Positions 22,201 through 28,428 of a stretch of DNA of 64,000 nucleotides are shown in pieces; the stretch's first letter is position 1, and each line of letters opens with the position of its first letter. The stretch comes from a virus. A program made the position numbers and the translations under genes. Under the pieces are notes generated by a model. It saw only the letters and a program-made list of their open reading frames with translations. It had not been told where the DNA came from and ran no database searches. Location: positions 1 through 64,000 of IMG/VR virus record IMGVR_UViG_3300044712_001292; one strand, 5' to 3'.

Positions 22201-22409
22201 TGGGCACAGCTACACTCGTAGCTGGCACCGTCACGGTAAACACGACTGCCGCCACGGGCACGTGCCGTATCTTCCTGTGCGCGCAGTCGGGCGGCGCTCC
22301 GGGTGCCCTGTACGTCAGCAACATCAACCCGGGGACCAGCTTTACGATCACCAGCACGAGCGGTACGGACACGTCCATCGTCGCGTGGCTCATCGTCGAC
22401 GCCCTGTAA
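16209..22409 (+). CDS. long tail fibre-like protein 3
   Basis: 2066 aa; ITLSGDVTGSG, AGTGLSGGG, TQVQYNSSGAFAG and FLRADGTW fibre motifs. Confidence 0.8.
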   Translation: MAYDPLLSVLGLSQTNPTIFSPTATRVGVAISPAALPSSPVTGGLAIDSGAGNALKWWDGSTWRSASGITALTGDVTGSGSGSVATTIAANAVTFAKFQQVATSTFLGRITAGTGNVESLTVANAKTMLAYTPSDIGAVPTSRQVIAGTGLSGGGALTADVTLSLPNVGTAATYGSATQVPVLTTDAQGRITGVVNTSIAIAQSQVTNLVTDLASKVNKSGDTMTGTLVTRALTIADSTGANSRALAANVQFGYSTGYRALILGSTGVTYTSDAITISLGVDPTVIAGGTFSGDGRDLIVRRTLRIMTPNAGGTDWDAVLTATGNLWNFTVTPQAGGINLVLTNDSRLSDARTPTAHVLDSATHTISGKTAGQVLLATGATTYAFTTVSGDATMSGAGALTLGNNVVTYAKFQQVAASSLVGNPTGALANAQGITLAGPLSFSGTTLTIANGAIGNALLTNSSITIAGTSTALGGSISQDTITGLSGTGLIKRTGANTLAIAVAGTDYLVSNQTITLSGDVTGSGSTAITTTIAAASVTLAKMANLAANSIIGNNTGSPATPLALTGTQVTAMLDTFSTTTTTKGLVPGANNVGATYFLRADGTWAVPTGGATPGGSNTQVQYNSSGAFAGSANFTWDNLGSTLTVANGYVQSRTIKVGSSNYRFSIGYMGAPFDVDSLYIFDSVSNQRLARCIPGDNVSTFVEWQFRNEDGVGAVRIYELIVDRVRGWSGTGTRLVATNAAGQPVMSDLTISGSNLTTVGTVTVGSLTGTATQMVGATSGNVLTTITIGSGLTLSAGTLSATGGGTIGGSAANTQVAYGSGANTLTSNANFTTDGSTVLTVAYPTASTGIGSGALVLSGASAGLGVAGQTTTAQLAVTTTTDASTGQINSLANPTGFVRLTGAAPDIRGIANPGTGAARRLTLYCTNATVIQHEAGSAPTVADRVNLGFLGGGSSYTLPAGSTVDLIYDTTTQRWRPYNPFVGWTMAAVAGALVLTYAGGTNATAGSGTGVTSSITFSDASGNTSRGSSFTVTNTGAMATGTLVEAVYGSAVANPNATVGLSNVRIIGVSGAGSNTSAATNRLATAALIGVQGYGFFQTSSTTTGTVLGSLVGAASRLGVDSTGSSGSLTITAAYGFLVDTGGGNSTQFRTAAGSTLVISAYYGIYLDTPGTGGGGTVTFGAKYGVYQNDSTAFNYFGGYTSFGGAAAATTSFGIFGASTTATSSIRLTPGVAPTSPVNGDMWITSSGAFARVNNSTVQLDANQTITLSGDVTGSGTTAISTTIANSAVTLAKMANLAANSIIGNNTGGSATPLALTGTQVTAMLDTFSTSTTTKGLVPGSNSVGTSYYLRADGTWAIPPGSGISTTGTPASSDIAIFSGASSVTNAAGIAAGTTLTLSSAGLLSFSNSTGLGGTQNGITLTLASTQSTGTDYRGIRLDSTATNADTVYGAYYTTVVTPTAGTGRTIYAAVLGATANDNTSNWTSGTVYATQLIGQYSSSVAAGGNTLNIAGGAYVVLSLTSSNSSGTTTINTAYGVNVAPAFAAVTGGGTLSVTTYYGLYLGTVATFGSGTLTVANRWGVYQNDAAANNYFAGNVGIGTAPAAALHLTLGERSANWFNNGIGIRYDASTFTDSGSSGTVALCGVHQIKAPTQTADVATTYTNASTLIVYDPTASTNVTMTTKNAITTFGGIRIYANNAQTSIADSIRIVPNTGGTNSNIATITVGSMAASFTHTIPGTTGTSTLGTGTNGQVAIWSGTNTVTGNAGFTYSTTSGFVITVAGGTNTAVAGVNFVGGTGTYNAAANANAVITGMRFALTETGAIANSGVTIDAISGVVTVGNTATGAGNKVLSGVRGAATATSQANNNYSPYTLSGGTFTSTFNTSSITTGTGLTNLYGAQIVISDTLTGASGTITVTNVAGLYINPGTFSASAASGQTITNYYGIYIGTPTLNNTTATNRFGIYQADASAQNYFAGRVYIQTAGAGLGIKEGSNAKMGTATLVAGTVTVNTTAATGTCRIFLCAQSGGAPGALYVSNINPGTSFTITSTSGTDTSIVAWLIVDAL
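17742..18032 (+). repeat. internal ~97-aa duplication, copy 1
   Basis: NQTITLSGDVTGSG...LRADGTWA, near-identical to copy 2. Confidence 0.9.
19998..20288 (+). repeat. internal ~97-aa duplication, copy 2
   Basis: near-identical protein, synonymously diverged DNA. Confidence 0.9.
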
Positions 22410-22420
22410 AGGATGCACCT

Positions 22421-22810
22421 ATGGATCTACCTCCAGCAGTACCGACGAGTGCCGACAACAACACGGTTATTCTGTGGGTGGTCGGCGTCCTGGTCGTCGC
22501 TATCGTCGTTGTCGGCAAGACCTTCTGGAACAAGGTCCAGGAGGATCAGAAGCGGATGCGCGAGGAGATCGACAAGGCGCATCAGCGGGCAGACGAGGCG
22601 AACAAGACCATGTTCGCCATGCAGGGCGGCGTCGTCATGGAGCAGCAGAAGACGCAGCTGCAGACCAACGCCGCTATGAACCGCATGGCTGATGCGGTTG
22701 AAACGATGACCGCTACGATCGGGACGCAGCTCCGCTTTCAGGAGCCGCAGGCTCCCGCTACGCAGTCAGGCACCCGTCGGCGGCAGCACGAGCAGTCTCA
22801 GGTCCAGTAA
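22421..22810 (+). CDS. single-TM coiled-coil protein (holin-like)
   Basis: VILWVVGVLVVAIVVVG then coiled coil; start re-called after AAGGA. Confidence 0.6.
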   Translation: MDLPPAVPTSADNNTVILWVVGVLVVAIVVVGKTFWNKVQEDQKRMREEIDKAHQRADEANKTMFAMQGGVVMEQQKTQLQTNAAMNRMADAVETMTATIGTQLRFQEPQAPATQSGTRRRQHEQSQVQ

Positions 22811-22840
22811 CCTTAAGCCGGTACGAACGCAAGGACGCAT

Positions 22841-23206
22841 ATGCCCAACTACGGACCCAACACAGCGCCCGGTATGGTGCGCAACCGCATCTTCCGGGTC
22901 ATTGGCGAGAACGCGAACGTTCTCTCCAACCCCAGCTTCATTCCGTTCATGATTTTCGAGGAGGAGACGGCTATTCAGCTCGCCTCCCCGGCGGCAGACG
23001 GGGCCACGGAGAAGTCGCTGGGGTCGTCTCGTACGATCCGTCTGGACTACAGCCCAGGCAAGATCATCACGACGCGGCACCCAGTAACAGACGTCGAGGG
23101 ACCGGTCGGCCGCATACCGGCTGACCTGACGATGGCCGAGGCGCTTGCCGTCCTTTACTCGCTGGGCCGCCAGGCTCAGACTGACCAGGATGCACAGGGG
23201 GCCTAA
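22841..23206 (+). CDS. hypothetical tail-associated protein
   Basis: 121 aa, AAGGA RBS; C-terminal LYS motif shared with next ORF. Confidence 0.65.
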   Translation: MPNYGPNTAPGMVRNRIFRVIGENANVLSNPSFIPFMIFEEETAIQLASPAADGATEKSLGSSRTIRLDYSPGKIITTRHPVTDVEGPVGRIPADLTMAEALAVLYSLGRQAQTDQDAQGA

Positions 23207-23541
23207 TGCCGGAACTCATGAACGCTCAGAGCTCGATAGACCAGCTGACGGAGTACGACCGCTCCTACGGCGGCAGCTTCAGCAACCCCTTCAACGGCGT
23301 CCCTCAGCTCTCCTTCTTCCTGCAGCGCGTAACGGTGCGTGACCGTGACCAGAAGCTGCTGTCGGAGACGCGCACTGGCGAGGTTACCGAACGCTATGCT
23401 CCGGGAAGGATCTACGAGCTGCGTGACCCACGGACAGGGAGCAAGGTACAGGGGCAGACGTTTTCCGCTGATCAGCTGTATGCGATGCTTTACTCCGTGA
23501 TGTGCCACGCCGTTGAGAATAGGCCTGTTGACGTGGCGTAA
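23206..23541 (+). CDS. hypothetical tail-associated protein
   Basis: TAATG overlap; YAPG..Y.LRDP.TG and LYAMLYS resemble previous ORF. Confidence 0.65.
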   Translation: MPELMNAQSSIDQLTEYDRSYGGSFSNPFNGVPQLSFFLQRVTVRDRDQKLLSETRTGEVTERYAPGRIYELRDPRTGSKVQGQTFSADQLYAMLYSVMCHAVENRPVDVA

Positions 23542-23544
23542 GCC

Positions 23545-24000
23545 ATGCTCATAGCATTTCGTGAGTGCAGTCGCTACGGAGTCTACGACCGCGCCATCTC
23601 GTGGTGGACGCACTCCCCGTACGTGCACTGCGAACTGCTCTTCGATAACGGCAGAGCCTTCTCATCTGAGCCGCATGTCGGAACCCGGTTCACCGACATC
23701 GACGTTCTCTTTCGTAAGGGCGTCTGGCGCACACTTGTTCTGCCCGTCTCATCGAGGACCGAGTCGAGGATCTTTGACTGGTGCCTGACGGAGAGCGGCT
23801 GTGGCTACGACTGGCCGGGGATCCTGTTCAGTCAGATACTGAGACTGAGAAGATCCCACCCCGACAAGTGGTTCTGTTCAGAAGTTTGTGCATGTGCTCT
23901 TCTTGTCGGCGGATTAAGACTTGAGCATTTACCCTGTGAATACGCGCCTGGATCGTTGTATAATGCGATTCGTGCGTACGGAGCCACGTCTTTCGCATAG
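23545..24000 (+). CDS. permuted papain-like (NlpC/P60, YiiX-type) amidase
   Basis: SPYVHCEL...GYDW.GI...KWFCSEVCA, His before Cys. Confidence 0.8.
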   Translation: MLIAFRECSRYGVYDRAISWWTHSPYVHCELLFDNGRAFSSEPHVGTRFTDIDVLFRKGVWRTLVLPVSSRTESRIFDWCLTESGCGYDWPGILFSQILRLRRSHPDKWFCSEVCACALLVGGLRLEHLPCEYAPGSLYNAIRAYGATSFA

Positions 24001-24066
24001 TAGCGACTACCCACTCGCATTCTGTTGACGAGGCGCTAGGCTCGAAGCGTTTGCCAAGGAGGTAGC

Positions 24067-24228
24067 ATGTCGACCGCATTGACAATCCGCATCTACAGCG
24101 AGTGGTGCGACCACGAGGTCGAGCATATCGATATTCCCAACGGAGAAATGCTACGCTGTATGCTTTGCGGACACATCATCTGCAGGATCACGCGCCCGTT
24201 CCGGACGGAACACTTTGACCACGGGTGA
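24067..24228 (+). CDS. small Cys/His-rich protein (53 aa, not in ORF track)
   Basis: AAGGAGGT RBS; CDH...CMLCG. Confidence 0.65.
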   Translation: MSTALTIRIYSEWCDHEVEHIDIPNGEMLRCMLCGHIICRITRPFRTEHFDHG

Positions 24229-24242
24229 TGCGGCTGTAAGCT
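24215..24242 (+). promoter_or_regulatory. sigma70-like promoter candidate
   Basis: TTGACC-N16-TAAGCT. Confidence 0.45.
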
Positions 24243-24252
24243 ATTTCACGTC

Positions 24253-25263
24253 ATGGATCTGAACCAGCTCACCGAGGGGCTCAAGTCCCTATCCCCCTTC
24301 GTCGCTGTTCTCGTCCTCATCGGGGCGCTGGCGTTTCGCTGGTTCGACTACAGGGAGAAGAAGCTAACGTCTGGTGAAGAGGCGGAGAAAGAGCGGCGTT
24401 CTCAGGAGGACCACGACAATATACTTGCGCTGTGTGATATAGGTCGCCAGACTACATCCAAGCAGTCCGACATGGAAAAGCTCCTACGTGACCATGGCGA
24501 GGCTGCCGATCTCCGCTTCCAGCAGGAGATGGAGGTCTTCAAGCAGATTCTACGGCAGCTGATCTCCCTGAACGCGTCGTCCACTGGCGGTCTGAGCATG
24601 GACAACGCAAAGCTGATCGTGCAGTATCAGTGGAACTGGTGCAGAGACGAGACATCTCGAGTCATACAGAATTCCATTCGTAACAACCACTTCCGCGGTG
24701 ATGAAGAGCGCGTAGCCCGTTCCGTGTATAGGGCCTGGAACCACGCCGCTAACGATTCGCTTACATCGGTTGGCCGTCTGCGTGGTGTGACCTATCCGTA
24801 TCAGGGCCTCTACGCTCATCACGTTGCGCTGATCTGGGACTTGGTCTGGGAGTGGGCCATCCCCGTCTACCATACGAGCCGCAAGAACGAAGAGGCCTTC
24901 GAGGACGCACTGCGCGATCTGGACGGCGTTATCCGGTCGCTGTTTGACCAGGTATTCGCAACGCACGTGATGCTCGTTGAGGACGTCGACGCCGGGGTCC
25001 TCTACGATCACGTCGCGGGCGATGCGCTGCAGGTGAACGCGGCAAATCTGAGCGTGCCGAACGATATCACGAAACCCATGACGATGGCCCAGTCTCTGGC
25101 CACGTATTCCGAGGCCGGATCCAGCATATCCTCTGCACATCTTCTGACGCCTGCGACACTTAAAGAGCGGATGGCGTCGTGGTTCAAGGCCCAGCCAGGA
25201 ACGACACGGCAGTACCAGAAGACGCGTTCTTCCGCAGATCTGATGCCTCCGCCGACCGTTTAG
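24253..25263 (+). CDS. membrane-anchored hypothetical protein
   Basis: N-terminal TM helix then helical domain, 336 aa. Confidence 0.7.
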   Translation: MDLNQLTEGLKSLSPFVAVLVLIGALAFRWFDYREKKLTSGEEAEKERRSQEDHDNILALCDIGRQTTSKQSDMEKLLRDHGEAADLRFQQEMEVFKQILRQLISLNASSTGGLSMDNAKLIVQYQWNWCRDETSRVIQNSIRNNHFRGDEERVARSVYRAWNHAANDSLTSVGRLRGVTYPYQGLYAHHVALIWDLVWEWAIPVYHTSRKNEEAFEDALRDLDGVIRSLFDQVFATHVMLVEDVDAGVLYDHVAGDALQVNAANLSVPNDITKPMTMAQSLATYSEAGSSISSAHLLTPATLKERMASWFKAQPGTTRQYQKTRSSADLMPPPTV

Positions 25264-25320
25264 GCGGTTTTTGCCTATCTTTTTTCATAGTGCCTATTAA
25301 CCTCCGACCTCGGAGGCTGT

Positions 25321-26334
25321 ATGGGCAAGCGCCGTTCTTCTCCGTGGTCCGAGGCTATGCTCGCCGAAGAGGAGATAGCCGAACTCCGCTTACGGTACGA
25401 AGAAGCGCTCTCGAGGTTATCCCTCTACGAAGGTATCAGGACGCCGACGGGACGTGAGATACCCAGCTATAAGCCCACGGCTGTAGGCAACGCGCTGGCC
25501 ATAGCCATGCTCAGCGACGTCCACTTAGAAGAGCGCGTGGACCCGGAAGACGTTCCTGGTACGTACAACGTCTACAACCCGCAGGTGTGCCGCGCCCGTC
25601 TCGACCAGTTCGCTCAGCGTGTCTGCCTGCTGACCGAGGCACAGCGTCACCTGACGCAGATCGACGATCTCTGCCTGTTCATCGGTGGCGATATCCGTAC
25701 GGGTACCATTCACGAGGACCAGGCGGAGAGCAACTGGCTGAACCCGATGCAGACGGTTATTCGCGGTGTCGACTACCTGACAAGCGTCATCCAATACATT
25801 CTGAAGAACGGTAACTTCAAGCGCATCATCATTCCGTGCTGCTTCGGCAACCACGGCCGGCTGACCAAGAAGCCTCGGGCGAAGACGGCGGCCGGTACCA
25901 GCATCGAGTGGATGATGTACCAGTTCCTCGCGAACTACGTCTTCAAGGACGAATCGCGTGTCCAGTGGCACATCGCCGACGCTGCCATGGTATACGTCGA
26001 TCTGTACGGCTTCACTTGCCGGTTCACGCACGGCGACAAGGTCAACTACCAGGGCGGTGTGGGCGGGATCAACGTGCCCATCCAGCGCATGGTCAAGAAC
26101 TGGAACCGCGTCAAGGACGCCTCCTACACGTTCATGGGTCACTTCCATCAGGCCTCCGACTTCGGCAACGTCGTCGTCAACGGCAGCCTGATCGGCCCGA
26201 ACGCCTATTCTCTCGAGAACGGTTTCCCTGCAGAGAGTCCGAAGCAGCAGTACGTTCTGATAGACCAGCGGCGCGGTAAGTCGCTGGTCTCGGACATCTG
26301 GTGCGACTATCTGCCCAACAAGAGCAAGGAGTAA
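25321..26334 (+). CDS. calcineurin-like metallophosphoesterase
   Basis: SDVH, GGD, GNH, THGD and GHFH motifs; GGAGG RBS. Confidence 0.9.
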   Translation: MGKRRSSPWSEAMLAEEEIAELRLRYEEALSRLSLYEGIRTPTGREIPSYKPTAVGNALAIAMLSDVHLEERVDPEDVPGTYNVYNPQVCRARLDQFAQRVCLLTEAQRHLTQIDDLCLFIGGDIRTGTIHEDQAESNWLNPMQTVIRGVDYLTSVIQYILKNGNFKRIIIPCCFGNHGRLTKKPRAKTAAGTSIEWMMYQFLANYVFKDESRVQWHIADAAMVYVDLYGFTCRFTHGDKVNYQGGVGGINVPIQRMVKNWNRVKDASYTFMGHFHQASDFGNVVVNGSLIGPNAYSLENGFPAESPKQQYVLIDQRRGKSLVSDIWCDYLPNKSKE

Positions 26335-26337
26335 CGC

Positions 26338-26580
26338 ATGTCGTGGAAGAGTGAGCGCGAGGCCCTTCTGCGTGAGCAGACGCGCCCGCCTGAGGGCTAC
26401 CAGTCCGTCGACCAGATCGCCGCTGAGATGGAGGTATCGCGTGAACGCGCTGCCGAAGTCATCAAGGAGCTGGTCAAGAAGGGCCGCGCTGAGGCTGTTC
26501 AGGGCAGGAAGCTGACGGCGCTCGGTGTTGTGATGAAAGAATTTTACTACCGCCTCGTGCCGGCTAAGAAGAAGACCTGA
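26338..26580 (+). CDS. small winged-HTH protein
   Basis: SVDQIAAEMEVSRERAAEVIKELVKKG. Confidence 0.65.
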   Translation: MSWKSEREALLREQTRPPEGYQSVDQIAAEMEVSRERAAEVIKELVKKGRAEAVQGRKLTALGVVMKEFYYRLVPAKKKT

Positions 26581-26591
26581 CAGGAGCCGAC

Positions 26592-26876
26592 ATGCGCCGT
26601 CCTCGCGATTCCTGGTTGGTGGAGCTCTCGACCGGTCGGACGCGGGTGGTCGAGGATGACGGTTCGAGCCTGGGCTACTGCACCTGGGACCCGACCATCC
26701 TGATCAAGCGACACACAGGGGCACAGCGAGAGCGCGAGGAACTGGACACGTGGGTACACGAGTGTCTGCACCGGTCGATGAGCAAGGCCAGTGAGGCGCT
26801 CGTGACTCGCGTCGCAGGCGACGTAAGCACCGTCCTCTGGAAGGCTGGCTACCGGCGGAAACGTCGTAGAGTTTGA
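26592..26876 (+). CDS. small HExxH metallopeptidase-like protein
   Basis: LGYC...ILI...DTWVHECLH...E; AGGAG RBS. Confidence 0.65.
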   Translation: MRRPRDSWLVELSTGRTRVVEDDGSSLGYCTWDPTILIKRHTGAQREREELDTWVHECLHRSMSKASEALVTRVAGDVSTVLWKAGYRRKRRRV

Positions 26877-26908
26877 CCGCGCGGTCACACAAGGTAGTCT
26901 TGACATGT

Positions 26909-27472
26909 ATGCAGAATCTCGTTGGTTACGCCGTCATCGCTTACGTCGCCTGGATGTTCTGGGGCATGACGGCGCAGCCGCCCCCGTCCGTCGATGGCAT
27001 GGTCCCTATCCCGTATGAGACGACCCGGCTCCATGGTTGGAAAGGGCCCAGCGACGGGGAGGGGCTGCTTACCATCACCAACCGTTCTGGCGATACTGTT
27101 GCTCAGTACGTTGTTGGTGATAGCGGTGTCTTGCACGAGGACCCCGGACAACAGCGGGAAGGGCAGTTCAGGGCCTCCTTCGAGCCCTCCCTCTACATCG
27201 GCCGCTGGTGGTTCGACGTCGGAGCCTTCGCGGCCGCAAACACCGAAGACCAGTACCTCGGGCTCCGCATCAGCCCCGCCAGGCTCTTCTACGGGACCGT
27301 CGCACCAGATATCGTCGGATCAGAGTCCAGCATCGGACTCGGCGTCAGCGTCTTCCCGCCTGCCCGAAACGTCGGAGACTGGAGCCACATCGGAGTCGGA
27401 TGCTGGTACCTTCATGACCTTGATCGTGGCGATAATCGTCTTAGTCTTGGCCTATCTACTTCAATACGTTAG
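26909..27472 (+). CDS. membrane-anchored protein with beta-rich C-terminus
   Basis: N-terminal hydrophobic helix; alternating beta-strand pattern. Confidence 0.6.
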   Translation: MQNLVGYAVIAYVAWMFWGMTAQPPPSVDGMVPIPYETTRLHGWKGPSDGEGLLTITNRSGDTVAQYVVGDSGVLHEDPGQQREGQFRASFEPSLYIGRWWFDVGAFAAANTEDQYLGLRISPARLFYGTVAPDIVGSESSIGLGVSVFPPARNVGDWSHIGVGCWYLHDLDRGDNRLSLGLSTSIR

Positions 27473-27482
27473 GATCACGCCC

Positions 27483-27863
27483 ATGAGCCTGAAGTCTGCG
27501 CTTACCGAGCTGCTCGCGTCCGAGAAGAAGGACGGCAAGGAGATGATCGAGCACGGGTGGATCGGATCCAGCCGGTTCCTCGTCTTCGTGGCTATCGCCG
27601 CCCTCATCGTCTATCTGGCGTATAAGGGACTCACCGACCTGCGTGTCGTCATTCCGGTTACCGCATTGGCCGCTGTCTATATTCTTTCCAATACAGTAAC
27701 TCGTATATACCAGATAAAGGCGAACGCCGATATCATCAAAGAGCGTCAGCGCCTGGCTTGGGCGGACGGTCAGCTGACAGCCGATGAGGCGGCAGCGCTG
27801 ACGGCGGCGGATGCGAATGCCTCGAGCGCACAGGCGGCCGTCGCCTCGGTAACGAAGAACTGA
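27483..27863 (+). CDS. two-TM protein (holin-like)
   Basis: SSRFLVFVAIAALIVYLAY and VVIPVTALAAVYIL; start re-called after AGGA. Confidence 0.6.
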   Translation: MSLKSALTELLASEKKDGKEMIEHGWIGSSRFLVFVAIAALIVYLAYKGLTDLRVVIPVTALAAVYILSNTVTRIYQIKANADIIKERQRLAWADGQLTADEAAALTAADANASSAQAAVASVTKN

Positions 27864-27864
27864 T

Positions 27865-28428
27865 ATGCCGTACAAGTCCAAGGCTCAGATGCGTGCGTTC
27901 TTCGCCAAAGAAGACCGTGGCGAGCTTCCGAAGGGCACAGCTGAGCGCTGGGCTAAGCATACGAAGAACATCGAAGACCTCCCCGAAAAGAAAGAAGCCA
28001 TGCTGAAGTCTGCGTCACTCCTCGCCGCCGTTCTGGTACAGAACCAGATCAAGCGTGCTCAGCTTGCTGACCAGTATGGCTTCAACACGGACCAGGACGC
28101 TGCATGGCAGCAGCAGGTGCAGTCGAGCCTGCCTCCGGCGATGATGGAACAGCCGCAGCAGGACGCTGCATGGCAGCAGCAGGTGCAGTCCAGCCTTCCG
28201 GCACCGATGCTTACGCCCGAACAGCAGGATGCCGCGTGGCAGCAGCAGGTAAGTCAGGCACAGGCCATGCCCGCGCAGGAAACCATACCGCAAAGCGCGT
28301 TCACTGCTCGGCCGGCTGCCGCCCCTCCTGTCGCAGCTCCTATTCAGCCGGCGGCGCCTCCGGCACTTCCAGCTACCCCGCCGTCTCCGGCGGTAGCGTC
28401 GACACAACCCGCTGCCCGTGGCACGTGA
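27865..28428 (+). CDS. putative virion protein with Q-rich repeats
   Basis: MPYKSKAQMRAFFA N-terminus; QDAAWQQQV x3; Pro/Ala tail. Confidence 0.7.
   Translation: MPYKSKAQMRAFFAKEDRGELPKGTAERWAKHTKNIEDLPEKKEAMLKSASLLAAVLVQNQIKRAQLADQYGFNTDQDAAWQQQVQSSLPPAMMEQPQQDAAWQQQVQSSLPAPMLTPEQQDAAWQQQVSQAQAMPAQETIPQSAFTARPAAAPPVAAPIQPAAPPALPATPPSPAVASTQPAARGT
28093..28255 (+). repeat. three imperfect tandem repeats (QDAAWQQQV, ~66-bp period)
   Basis: caggacgctgcatggcagcagcaggt repeated. Confidence 0.85.
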
